This document shows positions 51,940-61,622 of a stretch of 64,000 nt of DNA, one piece after another. The DNA is from Flavobacteriales bacterium. Its GTDB lineage: Bacteria; Bacteroidota; Bacteroidia; Flavobacteriales_F; PHOS-HE28. Where the stretch lies: positions 159,870 through 223,869 of the forward strand of contig JAEUSU010000007.1 of assembly GCA_016788635.1 (NCBI GenBank), given 5' to 3'. The notes beneath the pieces were generated by a model, which worked only from the letters and a program-made list of their open reading frames with translations, made no database searches and was not told the DNA's origin. Each line of letters begins with the position of its first letter. Position 1 is the stretch's first letter. A program made the translations under genes and the position numbers.

Positions 51940-52742
51940 TGAACCCGAAGCTCAAACGGCTCCTGCGCCTGTCCGCTTTCGCGGTCACCGGCATTGGTAT
52001 CGTGGCGGGCCTGGCCTTCGTGGAGCGCAGCAGCGACACGCGGCCGGTGACCGAATTGCGCGTGCATGTGCAGGGCCCTGCCGGTGTGCATTTCCTGGAT
52101 GCGGACGCGGTACGGCGTGAAGTGCTCTTCTCCAGCGAGGGCCTGCTGGGCACGCCCCTGGGCCGCGTGGACGCACCGGCGATCGAAGCCCACCTGCGCG
52201 GCCTGCCCACCGTGCGTAAGGCCGAGGTGTACGGCACGCTCGACGGCGTGATGCACGTGAAGGTGGACCAACGCCGCCCGATCATCCGCGTGGTGAACAG
52301 CGATGGCAGCGGCTTCTACATCGACGACCTGGGCTTCACCATGCCCTTGAGCTCGACTTTCACCGCCCGTGTGCCGGTGGCGGTGGGCGAGTTGCGCGAG
52401 CCATACGCCCATTCCGTGGCGCAGGTGTACGCCAGCGACAGTCTAGCCGCCGTGAGCTGGAGCGATGACCTCTACGCACTGGCCCGCTTCATGGCCCATG
52501 ATGAACTGTGGAGCGCATTGGTGGACCAGGTGGTGGTGAGTGACCGCGAAGGCTTGGTGTTGATCCCGCGAGCCGGCCAGCAGCGCATCCTCATCGGCGG
52601 TGCGGACCACCTTGAAGAGAAGTTCGCCTGCCTGAAGCAGTACTACCAGAAAGGCCTTCCCCAGGTGGGATGGCGCCGCCATGCCACCGTGGACCTGCGT
52701 TTCGCCGGACAGGTCGTGTGCACCCGCCGTCCCAATTCCTGA
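51936..52742 (+). CDS. ftsQ: cell division protein FtsQ
   Basis: This bitopic protein has one TM helix and a POTRA-like domain, and occupies the dcw position. The ATGA overlaps murC. Confidence 0.75.
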   Translation: MMNPKLKRLLRLSAFAVTGIGIVAGLAFVERSSDTRPVTELRVHVQGPAGVHFLDADAVRREVLFSSEGLLGTPLGRVDAPAIEAHLRGLPTVRKAEVYGTLDGVMHVKVDQRRPIIRVVNSDGSGFYIDDLGFTMPLSSTFTARVPVAVGELREPYAHSVAQVYASDSLAAVSWSDDLYALARFMAHDELWSALVDQVVVSDREGLVLIPRAGQQRILIGGADHLEEKFACLKQYYQKGLPQVGWRRHATVDLRFAGQVVCTRRPNS

Positions 52743-52777
52743 CCCTTCCCCCCAAGCACCCCATCCCCAATCCCCCC

Positions 52778-54067
52778 ATGGACACCAATGAGATCGTAGC
52801 CGGACTCGACATCGGCACCACCAAGATCGCCTGCATCGTGGGCCGCAGGAACGAACAGGGCAAGCTGGAGATCCTCGGCATGGGCAAGAGCCGCAGCGAG
52901 GGCGTGAGCCGTGGCGTGGTGGCCAACATCCAGAAGACCGTGGACAGCATCCAGGCCGCCATCCGTGAAGCCGAGGACAATGCCGGTGTGGACATCGAGA
53001 CCGTGACCGTGGGCATCGCCGGCCAGCATATCCGCAGCATGCACCATCGCGGGCAGATCACCCGCCGCAGCAACGAGGACGAGATCCATCAGAAGGACAT
53101 CGATCAGCTGATCGAGGACATGTTCAAGCTGGTGATGCCGGCGGGCGAAGAGATCATCCACGTGCTGCCACAGGAGTACATGGTGGACGGTGAGCAGGGC
53201 ATCCGCGACCCCATCGGCATGAGCGGTGTGCGGCTGGAGGCCAACTTCCACATCATCAGCGGGCAGATCACCGCCGCGCGCAACATCAACAAGTGCGTGC
53301 ACCGCGCCAACCTGAACGTGATGGACCTGGTGCTGGAGCCGCTGGCCAGTGCGGACTCCGTCCTCAGCGCCGAGGAGAAGGAGGCCGGCGTGGTGCTCGT
53401 GGACATCGGCGGCGGCACCACCGACATCGCCATCTTCCAGGACCACATCATCCGCCACACCGCCGTCATCCCCTTCGGTGGCAATGTGATCACCGAGGAC
53501 ATCCGGCACGGCTGCGGCATCATGCGCGACCAGGCCGAGCTGCTGAAGGTGCGCTTCGGCAGTGCGCTGGCGGCCGAGAACAAGGAGAACGAGGTGGTCT
53601 GCATCCCGGGTCTGCGCGGTCGTGATCCCAAGGAGATCAGCTTCAAGACGCTGGCCGAGGTGATCCAGCCCCGCATGGAGGAGATCCTCGAGCACGTCTA
53701 CTTCGAGATCAAGAACAGCGGCATGGAGAAGCAGCTGATCGGTGGCATCGTGCTCACCGGCGGTGGTGCCCAGTTGAAGCACCTGCGCCAGCTCTGTGAG
53801 TACATCACCGGCATGGGCGCACGCATCGGCTACCCCAACGAACACCTGGCCAAGAGCCACGTGGAGCACATCACCAGCCCGATGTACGCCACCAGCGTGG
53901 GCCTGGTGATGAAGGGCTTTGAAGCGCTCGACCGTCGACGCCCCCTGGTGCAGGCACAACAGGACCAGCAGCGCGTGAAGGGCCATTCCCAGCCCAGCCG
54001 CGTGGGCTCCTTCTTCGACAAGGTCACCAAGAGCTTCAGCGACCTGATGAGCGACGACGAGAACTGA
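52778..54067 (+). CDS. ftsA: cell division protein FtsA
   Basis: It has the actin-fold motifs GLDIGTTKIACIVG, VDIGGGTTDIAIF and LTGGGAQL. The start was trimmed to MDTNEIV. Confidence 0.9.
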   Translation: MDTNEIVAGLDIGTTKIACIVGRRNEQGKLEILGMGKSRSEGVSRGVVANIQKTVDSIQAAIREAEDNAGVDIETVTVGIAGQHIRSMHHRGQITRRSNEDEIHQKDIDQLIEDMFKLVMPAGEEIIHVLPQEYMVDGEQGIRDPIGMSGVRLEANFHIISGQITAARNINKCVHRANLNVMDLVLEPLASADSVLSAEEKEAGVVLVDIGGGTTDIAIFQDHIIRHTAVIPFGGNVITEDIRHGCGIMRDQAELLKVRFGSALAAENKENEVVCIPGLRGRDPKEISFKTLAEVIQPRMEEILEHVYFEIKNSGMEKQLIGGIVLTGGGAQLKHLRQLCEYITGMGARIGYPNEHLAKSHVEHITSPMYATSVGLVMKGFEALDRRRPLVQAQQDQQRVKGHSQPSRVGSFFDKVTKSFSDLMSDDEN

Positions 54068-54096
54068 ACCCATCCCCACCAGTCATCCCCAAGACC

Positions 54097-55725
54097 ATGA
54101 AATTCGATCTTCCCCAAGAGCTCACCTCGATCATCAAGGTGATCGGTGTGGGCGGTGGCGGCGGCAACGCCGTGAACCACATGTACGCCCAGGGCATCCG
54201 CGGCGTGGACTTCCTCATCTGCAACACCGACAGGCAGGCGCTGGAGATCAGCCCCATCCCCAACAAGGTGCAGCTGGGTGAGAAGCTCACCGAAGGCCTT
54301 GGTGCCGGCAGCGTTCCCGACCGTGGTCGCGAAGCGGTGCAGGAGAACCTTGAGGAACTGCGCGCCGTGCTGCAGGGCCGCACCAAGATGGTGTTCATCA
54401 CCGCCGGCATGGGTGGCGGCACCGGCACCGGCGCCGCTCCCGTGATCGCACGCGCCGCCAAGGAGATGGGCCTGCTCACCGTGGGCATCGTCACTCTGCC
54501 CTTCCAGTGGGAGGGCCGCAAGCGGCTGCTGCAGGCGAAGTCGGGCATTGAGGAGATGCGCAACAGCGTGGACACGCTGCTCATCATCAACAACGACCGC
54601 CTGCGCGACCTGTACGGCAACCTTTCCATGGATGCGGCCTTCGCCCATGCGGATGATGTGCTCACCACCGCCGCGCGCGGCATTGCCGAGATCATCACGA
54701 AGACGGGCAAGGTGAACGTGGACTTCGAGGACGTGAAGACCGTGATGACCAACAGCGGCGTGGCCATCATGGGCATGTCCGAGGCGGGTGGCGAAGACCG
54801 TGCGCTGCGCTCGGCACAGGAGGCGCTCGCGTCACCGTTGCTCAACGACAACGATATCAAGGGCGCCAAGTTCGTGCTGCTGAACATCGCCCACGGCGAG
54901 CGTGAGGTGCTCATGGACGAGATCGCGGAGATCACCGACCACATCCAGGAGGCCGCCGGCTCCACCGCCGATGTGATCTGGGGCTATTGCAAGGATGAGA
55001 CCCTTGGCGACAAGTTGCGCATCACGCTCATCGCCACGGGCTTCAACCAGAACCCCGAGATCGGTGGGCTGTCGGTGGCCGCGCCGGAACGCGTGGTCAT
55101 CCCTATTGATGCGCCATTGCCGACGGATGTGAAACAACCGCTGAGCAACCCGCTGGGCGCAAAGGCACCTGCCGCCCCCGCACCGCCACCTGCCGCACCG
55201 GAGCCGGTGGTGCCCACACTGCGGCCCGAACTGGAGCCCTTTGTCAAGGAGGTACGCGCGGAGGAGGCACCCAAGGTCGCCGTCGAGCCTGAAGCCAAGC
55301 CTTTGCAACGCGAGCTGGAATTCGTGATCAACAGCTCGCCCAGGGTGCCCGAGGCCGAGCCTCAGGGGGATGAGCGCGTCACCCATTCACTATATGGTCC
55401 CGAGGAGCACGCAGCCGTGCCCGAGAATGGCGCCACCATGAAGGACCCCACGTCACGGGAGCATGAAGCCGTGCAGGGGAACCGCGTGGAGGAACGGCTG
55501 GCCAAGGTGCGTGAGATCACCATCCGGCTGCGCACTCCCAGTGGCTTGAGCGAGATGGAGCGCGAGCCCGCTTACCTGCGCCGCAATGCCAAGCTGAGCG
55601 ATGCGCCCCACAGTTCGGACAACGGATTGAGCCGGTACACGCTCACCGAGGAGACGGACGAGACCGGTCAGAAGCGGGTGGAGTTGCGCCGCAACAATCC
55701 GTTCCTGCACGACAACGTCGATTGA
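54097..55725 (+). CDS. ftsZ: cell division protein FtsZ (long linker form)
   Basis: It has GVGGGGGNAVN and the GGGTGTGAAPV tubulin signature, a long Pro/Ala/Glu-rich linker and a conserved C-terminal peptide (NNPFLHDNVD). Confidence 0.95.
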   Translation: MKFDLPQELTSIIKVIGVGGGGGNAVNHMYAQGIRGVDFLICNTDRQALEISPIPNKVQLGEKLTEGLGAGSVPDRGREAVQENLEELRAVLQGRTKMVFITAGMGGGTGTGAAPVIARAAKEMGLLTVGIVTLPFQWEGRKRLLQAKSGIEEMRNSVDTLLIINNDRLRDLYGNLSMDAAFAHADDVLTTAARGIAEIITKTGKVNVDFEDVKTVMTNSGVAIMGMSEAGGEDRALRSAQEALASPLLNDNDIKGAKFVLLNIAHGEREVLMDEIAEITDHIQEAAGSTADVIWGYCKDETLGDKLRITLIATGFNQNPEIGGLSVAAPERVVIPIDAPLPTDVKQPLSNPLGAKAPAAPAPPPAAPEPVVPTLRPELEPFVKEVRAEEAPKVAVEPEAKPLQRELEFVINSSPRVPEAEPQGDERVTHSLYGPEEHAAVPENGATMKDPTSREHEAVQGNRVEERLAKVREITIRLRTPSGLSEMEREPAYLRRNAKLSDAPHSSDNGLSRYTLTEETDETGQKRVELRRNNPFLHDNVD

Positions 55726-55737
55726 CCGGCACGCCCC

Positions 55738-56196
55738 ATGACGCTGCAGGAACGCATCGAGAACGACATCAAGGACGCCATGAAGGCGCGCGACAAGGAC
55801 CGCTTGAACGCCTTGCGCGCCATCAAGAGCGCCATCCTGCTGGAGCTTACCAAGGAGGGTGGGGCCTCCTTCAGCGAGGAGGCCGGCCTGCGGATGCTTC
55901 AGAAACTGCACAAGCAGCGTTCGGAAGCGGCGGCCATCTTCCATCAACAGGGCCGGGCGGACCTGGCCAATGAAGAGGAGGCGCAGGCGAAGGTGATCGG
56001 CGCCTACCTGCCCGCCCGCATGGACGAAGGCCAGTTGCAGGAGAGCGTGCTGGCGTTGATCGGTGAGCTGGGAGCGGCGGGCATGGGCGACATGGGCCGC
56101 GTGATCAAGACGGCGAATGAACGGCTGGCCGGCCGGGCCGATGGGGGTGCGATCGCCTCCATGGTCAAGCGCCTGTTGGCCGCAAGAGGTCAGTAG
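55738..56196 (+). CDS. GatB/YqeY domain-containing protein
   Basis: MTLQERIENDIKDAMKARDK..LNALRAIKSAI is a typical YqeY start. An intrinsic terminator follows. Confidence 0.8.
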   Translation: MTLQERIENDIKDAMKARDKDRLNALRAIKSAILLELTKEGGASFSEEAGLRMLQKLHKQRSEAAAIFHQQGRADLANEEEAQAKVIGAYLPARMDEGQLQESVLALIGELGAAGMGDMGRVIKTANERLAGRADGGAIASMVKRLLAARGQ

Positions 56197-56202
56197 GGGG
56201 AA

Positions 56203-56223
56203 CGTCCCGATGGGATCGGGACG
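56203..56223. other. perfect 9-bp palindromic hairpin (cgtcccgat-ggg-atcgggacg) between convergent genes
   Basis: Pairing was checked by hand. There is no U-tract on either side, so the function is unclear. Confidence 0.4.
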
Positions 56224-56233
56224 GGATAGGGGA

Positions 56234-56268
56234 GCTGCGGGGTGCCATCAGGCGCCCCGCGGCTTTTT
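56234..56268 (+). terminator. intrinsic terminator after yqeY (end of the dcw-ftsZ-yqeY transcription unit)
   Basis: The 13-bp stem pairs 56234-56246 with 56251-56263 (two G-U pairs, so it folds only on the + strand RNA). The loop is atca and TTTTT follows. Confidence 0.7.
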
Positions 56269-56278
56269 GGGGTGGTGT

Positions 56279-56980
56279 CTACTCGTCCACCTGCAGCTTG
56301 AAGCCCACGCCGTGCACGTTCACGATGCGCACGCGCGGATCCGCCTTCAGGTACTTGCGCAGCCGGCTGATGAACACGTCCAGGCTGCGCCCGAGGAAGT
56401 AGGTGTCATCACCCCACACCATGTTCAGCACCAGTTCACGCGGCAGCACATTGTCCATGTGCTGGCAAAGCAGGCGCAGCACGTCGGCCTCCTTGCGCGT
56501 GAGCTTCCGGTCACCATCGGCATGTTTGAGGAGCAGGTTGCGTTGGTCGAAGGTGAAGCTGCCCAAGGGGTGCTCGTCGCGGTTGCGGGTGTCCGCATTG
56601 CGGCCCTGGGTGCGGCGCAGGATGGCTTCGATGCGCAGCTGTAGTTCCTCCTGACTGAAGGGTTTGGTGAGGTAGTCATCGCCACCGGCGCGGAAGCCCG
56701 CGATGCGGTCATCTGTCTGGCTTTTCGCGGTGAGGAAGACGATGGGAGTGTGCTGATCGGTGACACGGATGTCCGTGGCCAGGCTGAAGCCGTCCTTCTG
56801 CGGCAGCATCACATCCAGGATGCACAAGTCGTAAGGGTTGCTGTTGAAGTAGCGCAGCCCTTCCTTGCCATCGCGGCACAGGTGCACGGCGTAGCCCTTG
56901 CGTTGCAGGTTGTCCTGGATGACGAAGCCCAGGTTGGGGTCGTCCTCCACGAGCAGGATGCTGGCTTTGCGTTCGCTCAT
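56279..56980 (-). CDS. OmpR/PhoB-family response regulator
   Basis: The receiver domain has ILLVEDD...DLCILDVMLP...LTAK. A winged-helix output follows (LTRKEADVLRLL...VWG...SLDVFISRLRKYL). Confidence 0.85.
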   Translation of the reverse strand: MSERKASILLVEDDPNLGFVIQDNLQRKGYAVHLCRDGKEGLRYFNSNPYDLCILDVMLPQKDGFSLATDIRVTDQHTPIVFLTAKSQTDDRIAGFRAGGDDYLTKPFSQEELQLRIEAILRRTQGRNADTRNRDEHPLGSFTFDQRNLLLKHADGDRKLTRKEADVLRLLCQHMDNVLPRELVLNMVWGDDTYFLGRSLDVFISRLRKYLKADPRVRIVNVHGVGFKLQVDE

Positions 56981-58314
56981 GCGCGGTTGGTGCGGTCGGT
57001 GGGAATGGAGACGGTGAAGGTGCTGCCTTGGCCGTGGGTGCTTCGAACGGTGATCTCGCCGCCATGGGCACGGACGATCTGGCGCACATAGTGAAGGCCC
57101 AGGCCGAAACCCTTCACATTGTGCACGTTGCCGGTGTGCACCCGGTAGAACCGTTCAAAGATGTGGCGAAGGTCCCCGGGCTTGATGCCGATGCCCTTGT
57201 CGCTCACCTCGATGACCAGGTCATGCGTGGTGTTGCGGGTGGCCAGCCGCACCTGGGGCGCGTCCTCGCTGTACTTGATGGCGTTGTCCACCAGATTGAA
57301 AAGCACGTTGGTGAGGTGCACCGGATCACCCGTTACCACCGGCATGGAAGCCTGCAGGTCAAGTGTGAGTTGTCCGCCGCGTTCCTGCAGAGTGAGCGTG
57401 AAGGAGTCTGACACGTCACGCGCACGGGCATGCAGGTCCACGGGCTCGCGTTTCAGCTCCAGGTGGTCCTTCTCCAGCGTGGCCAGTTGCAGCACGCGTT
57501 CCACCTGCGTGCGCAGGCGTTCGGTCTCGGTGCGTATGATGCGCGCGTAGTTCGCCAGACGCTGGGGTTCGTTCACGATGGCGGGATCGCCCAGCACTTC
57601 GCTGCTCAGGGCAATGGTGCTGATCGGAGTCTTCAACTCGTGCGTCATGTTGCCGATGAAATCGTTCTTCATCGCGCTCAGGCGTTTCTGCCGCACAATG
57701 ACCCATACACTGTAGGCAAAGAAGAGGAAGACGATGAGCACCACCACCGCCGGGTACAGCCAGGTGACCGTGCTCGCGGGCTCGGGCACCCAGAGCGTGC
57801 TCTCCCGGTTGGGGAAGTACACGCCGAAGTAGTGCCCGTCCTTGTCCAGCTTCAGCAGGCGGCTGTGCGGGATGGAGTCGCCGTCCAGGCTGTCCAGCGA
57901 TACGTAATTGCCGTACACGATGCTGTCCGTGAAGCAGTCGTAGACCCCATACTCAAAGTCGTCCTGGATGCTGTGACGTAGGAACTCCTTGCGCAGCAGG
58001 GCCTCCAGCAGGTAGGGGTGCACCGTGTCGTTGATGGCCACGGCGAAATAGTTGGGGCGCTCCTGCTTGACGGCATCGAAAAGGTCCGAGGGGTCCTTGT
58101 TGATGGACAGGAGTTGCTCGGTGACGTCCGTGAGCGCGATGGTCACCCGGTCGTTGAACTGCTTGTCCAGCTGCTTCTGCTGTTGCAGCTGCAGGTTCAC
58201 GTGCGCTTCCTGCAGGCTGAAGGCCCGGTCCAGCCAGAGGATCTGCGTGAGCACCACGCCCACCACGCTCAACGTGGCAAGCAGGAGCAGCGTTCCCAGT
58301 GAGCGGCGACCCAT
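56977..58314 (-). CDS. sensor histidine kinase
   Basis: It has two TM helices, an H-box FIGNMTHELKTP, an N-box LFNLVDNAIKYS, and G-boxes DKGIGI / GFGLGLHYVRQIV. It overlaps the response regulator gene by 4 nt. Confidence 0.85.
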   Translation of the reverse strand: MGRRSLGTLLLLATLSVVGVVLTQILWLDRAFSLQEAHVNLQLQQQKQLDKQFNDRVTIALTDVTEQLLSINKDPSDLFDAVKQERPNYFAVAINDTVHPYLLEALLRKEFLRHSIQDDFEYGVYDCFTDSIVYGNYVSLDSLDGDSIPHSRLLKLDKDGHYFGVYFPNRESTLWVPEPASTVTWLYPAVVVLIVFLFFAYSVWVIVRQKRLSAMKNDFIGNMTHELKTPISTIALSSEVLGDPAIVNEPQRLANYARIIRTETERLRTQVERVLQLATLEKDHLELKREPVDLHARARDVSDSFTLTLQERGGQLTLDLQASMPVVTGDPVHLTNVLFNLVDNAIKYSEDAPQVRLATRNTTHDLVIEVSDKGIGIKPGDLRHIFERFYRVHTGNVHNVKGFGLGLHYVRQIVRAHGGEITVRSTHGQGSTFTVSIPTDRTNRA

Positions 58315-58577
58315 GCGGCCAAGTTAGCCGATGGCAGGGTGCACCTCGGAAGGTCGAACCGGAAGGCATGCCTGGCAGTGAACAGTTCGCCGGCCCAGGT
58401 GTTACATGCTTGGGATACAGGACGCTGGTCCGGCTGCTTCTGCCCCGGGGTCATATCAGAATGTCCTTTTGGTCCGGTGAAGCGGGGCCTGGGCCGCCTT
58501 CGGGTGGTTCGGGCCCCGTGACTTTTGGGCCGTTGATGATTCAGCCCAAGCGTCCCAACCGGCATCAACCTGTAACA

Positions 58578-61085
58578 CTAGAATTCCATCCCATCCCCCT
58601 CACCACCGCCTTCACGGCGTTGTTGCCGGCGGCGGAGCAACGAGGTGTTCTGTTCGCCAAAGCGCCAGGTGACGGTGAGGCGGGCGAAGCGCTGTTCGCG
58701 ACGGCGGTAATTCTCCTGTATGAAGGTGTCTGTCTCCAGCGTATTGCCCCAGCGTCGGGTGTAGAACACATCGTTCACGCTCAACACGGCCTGCAGGCGT
58801 TTATTGAACTCCTTGGACACGGAGAGGTCCAGACCGTATTGCGGCAGGGTGGTACCCTGTGGGATGATGCGCGGCCCCTCGTACTCGCCATTGGCCTGCA
58901 TGCTCCAGCCATCCGGCATGCGGTAGCTCACCACGAGCTTGCTGTTCCAGATGAAGCCCTCGTTGCGCGTGCCGGCCTGCGCCCCGCCAAGGGCCACGCT
59001 GGTATACTGCACCGTGCCGCTCAGGGTGGCCTGCAGCCCCTTGATCGGCTCCACGCGCAGGGTGTTCTCCCATCCTGTGCTCCAGCTCGCATCGCCGTTC
59101 ACGAACGTGCTCACCAGGATGTTGCTGTCCGCCGGCAGCGGGAAGGCGTATTGCGTGATCACCCCGTCCGTATAGCGCCCGAATGCCGAGGTGAGCCAGG
59201 AGCTCTTGCCGTTCATGAAGGGCAGCAGGTAGTTCACCTCGGCCATGTTGCTCAACTCAGGCGCCAGCACCGGGTTGCCAATGCGGATGTTACGGCTGTC
59301 GCTGATCTGGATGAAGGGCATGATCTGCCAGAAATTGGGACGGCTGATCTTCCGCGAGAAGTTGAATTGCACCTCGCGCTGGTCATCCCACCTGCGCACC
59401 AGGTACAAGGCCGGGAAGAGCGCACGCTCCAGATCCTCCAGGCCGTTGGGGTACTTGTAGCTGAACTGAAGGTCCTTGTCCAGCACATCCGTCACGAACC
59501 AGGTCTGCTCGAAGCGCAGGCCGGCTTGCAGTGACCAGTGGTCGTTCAGCTTGTGTATCCAGTTGCCGTACACCGCGTTGATGATGTCCGTGATGCGGAA
59601 GTCATTGCTGAGCGTGCTGTCCTTCACGCGGTCGCCCACCTGCGGACTGGTCACGAACACGTTCAGGTAGGTGTTGTCCAGCTTCCAGTTCGCCTTGGCG
59701 CCCCATTCGATCTTGGTGCGCTCATTCAGCGGCTCGGCCACGTCCAGTTGGAAGCTGAGCTGGTCGTAGGTACTTCCGCCCAGGTTCTCCTGCGCGCGCG
59801 GACTGTTCTCGGGCACGGTCCCATCGGCGTTCAAGCCTGAGGTGGTGAAGGTGCTTTTGCTGCTGCGGCTCCAGCTGTTGTACGTCAGGTCCGCGCTCCA
59901 TTCCTTGTCCGGTTTGGGCGAGCGGCGGCGGAATCCGATCATGGCGTTGTAGCTCTCCGTGCTGGTGTACTGGGTGTTCAGCTGCTCGCCGGTGGAGATC
60001 GGTTCGCCTCCGGGCCCGGTGCTGCTGTAGTATTGTTCGTCCTCGCCCTCATTGGTGTGGCTGCGGAAGCCCGCCGAGGCCACCCAGGTGTTGCGGTTGC
60101 TCACCTGCCATTCGGTGCCCAGGCGGCCACCAGCCATGGTGCGGGTGGCGTTGCTCTCATTGTTCTGGTTGAAATAGCCCGTGGACTGGCCGTTGCTCAG
60201 GTCCGTGCGTTTCGTGTTGCCGTCCGTGAGGTTCGATGAGGTGTTGAAGTTGGCCGACGCATTGAAGGACCAAGGGCCCTCCTTCATGTTGATGTTGCCC
60301 GAGGACTGATAGCGGTTGTTGGTTCCCAGGCCACCCTGCAAGGTGCCTGAGTAGCCGGGCTTGTTGCTGCGCTTGAGCACCACATTGATGATGCCGCCGG
60401 TGGTGTTGGCATCGAATGCGACCGACGGATTGGTGATGATCTCCACGCGCTCAATGTCCTCTGCGGGGATCTGCTCCAGCGTGAAGGAGCTGGGCCTGCC
60501 ATCCACCAGTATCTGCGGGCTGGCGCCGCGCATCTGCACATTGCCATCCAGGTCCACGCTCAGGCCGGGCACGTTCTTCATCACGTCCACGGCACTGCCG
60601 CCCTGGGTGCTCAGGTCCTTCTCCACATTGTACACGCGGCGGTCCACCTTCATCACCACCTGGCTGCGCTCGCCGGTCACCTCCACAGCCTTCAGCGTTT
60701 CCACATCGGGCTCCAGCATCAGGTTGCCGAGGTCCAGTTCCAGCTTCTCACGGGAAAGGGTGAAGGTGCGTTCGAGGGTTTTATATCCGATGAAGCTCAC
60801 GCGCAGGCGCAATTCTCCCACAGGCACCTGGTCCAGGGTGAAGTCGCCGTTGCTGCGGGTGATGGTTCCGGTGAGCAGCGAATCCTGGCGGGCGGTGTAG
60901 GCGGCCACCGTGGCGAACTCGGCCGGTTTGCGGGTGGAGGCATCGAACACCTTGCCGTACACGCGCCCGGTCATGCGCTGGCCGCCAGTGCCCCCCGGGC
61001 GTTGAGCCAGCAGGGGGGCGCTCAGGAGCATCCCCAGAAGGAGGCCGGCAAAAGCGCTGAGCAGCTTGGAAAGGCCGAACGGCAT
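58578..61085 (-). CDS. TonB-dependent receptor / outer-membrane beta-barrel family protein with N-terminal carboxypeptidase-regulatory-like domain
   Basis: It has a signal peptide, a CarbopepD_reg-like GRVYGKVFDASTRKPAEFATV, a plug-like region (VMKNVPGLSVD..GNVQMRG) and a long barrel with a terminal aromatic residue. The start was trimmed to MPFGLSKLL. Confidence 0.75.
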   Translation of the reverse strand: MPFGLSKLLSAFAGLLLGMLLSAPLLAQRPGGTGGQRMTGRVYGKVFDASTRKPAEFATVAAYTARQDSLLTGTITRSNGDFTLDQVPVGELRLRVSFIGYKTLERTFTLSREKLELDLGNLMLEPDVETLKAVEVTGERSQVVMKVDRRVYNVEKDLSTQGGSAVDVMKNVPGLSVDLDGNVQMRGASPQILVDGRPSSFTLEQIPAEDIERVEIITNPSVAFDANTTGGIINVVLKRSNKPGYSGTLQGGLGTNNRYQSSGNINMKEGPWSFNASANFNTSSNLTDGNTKRTDLSNGQSTGYFNQNNESNATRTMAGGRLGTEWQVSNRNTWVASAGFRSHTNEGEDEQYYSSTGPGGEPISTGEQLNTQYTSTESYNAMIGFRRRSPKPDKEWSADLTYNSWSRSSKSTFTTSGLNADGTVPENSPRAQENLGGSTYDQLSFQLDVAEPLNERTKIEWGAKANWKLDNTYLNVFVTSPQVGDRVKDSTLSNDFRITDIINAVYGNWIHKLNDHWSLQAGLRFEQTWFVTDVLDKDLQFSYKYPNGLEDLERALFPALYLVRRWDDQREVQFNFSRKISRPNFWQIMPFIQISDSRNIRIGNPVLAPELSNMAEVNYLLPFMNGKSSWLTSAFGRYTDGVITQYAFPLPADSNILVSTFVNGDASWSTGWENTLRVEPIKGLQATLSGTVQYTSVALGGAQAGTRNEGFIWNSKLVVSYRMPDGWSMQANGEYEGPRIIPQGTTLPQYGLDLSVSKEFNKRLQAVLSVNDVFYTRRWGNTLETDTFIQENYRRREQRFARLTVTWRFGEQNTSLLRRRQQRREGGGEGDGMEF

Positions 61086-61186
61086 GCGGGTGCGAAGGTA
61101 CCCCCGGGTGATGGGCGGGGCTTGCGGTAAGAGGTTGAAGTGTCCCCGGGGTTCGATCCCTTTACAACTTTTCACAGGTGACCAGG

Positions 61187-61222
61187 GGGGGAAAAGAAGA
61201 ACCCCCGGCCTGGGCCGGGGGT
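61187..61222 (-). terminator. intrinsic terminator after the RRM protein gene
   Basis: A GC-rich 9-10 bp stem (61201-61222) is followed on the - strand by TCTTCTTTTC. It lies between the RRM gene stop and the receptor gene promoter box. Confidence 0.5.
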
Positions 61223-61247
61223 CCGCTCAATTCGTGTGGAATGGCGC

Positions 61248-61622
61248 TCAGTAGTTGTCGTCGCGGTAGCCGCCGCGATCGCTACGTTCGCTACGCTCGC
61301 TGCGGAAGCCGCCACGGTCGTTGCCGCCGCGGTAGCCACCACGGTCGTTGCCGCCGCGGAAACCGCCGCGGTCGCCTTCCGGACGGGGGCGGGCCTCGTT
61401 CACCACGAGGTCACGGCCGTGGAAGTTCTTGCCGTTCGTTCCCTCAATGGCGGAACGGCCGGAGTTGTCATCGGACATTTCAACGAAGCCGAATCCACGG
61501 CTGCGGTTGGTGGCTTTGTCCATGATGATCTTGGCGGAGGTCACTTCACCGAACTGTTCGAAGAGTTCGCGGAGTTCCTGGTCCCGCACTGAGTAAGCCA
61601 CGTTGGCGACGTAAATGTTCAT
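61248..61622 (-). CDS. RNA-binding protein with RRM domain and C-terminal RGG-repeat tail
   Basis: It has RNP2 (MNIYVANV) and RNP1 (RGFGFVEM). The tail is DRGGFRGGNDRGGYRGGNDRGGFR. The start was trimmed to MNIYV. Confidence 0.85.
   Translation of the reverse strand: MNIYVANVAYSVRDQELRELFEQFGEVTSAKIIMDKATNRSRGFGFVEMSDDNSGRSAIEGTNGKNFHGRDLVVNEARPRPEGDRGGFRGGNDRGGYRGGNDRGGFRSERSERSDRGGYRDDNY

Noticed and set aside
58315-58577. Small ORFs (60 aa on the + strand, 99 aa on the - strand) lie in the 263-nt gap between the kinase start and the receptor stop.
   Set aside because: They have no motifs and no coding-like third-position bias. The region more plausibly holds the promoter of the two-component operon (a near-match TAACTTGG box at 58319-58326 on the - strand) and the 3' end of the receptor transcript.
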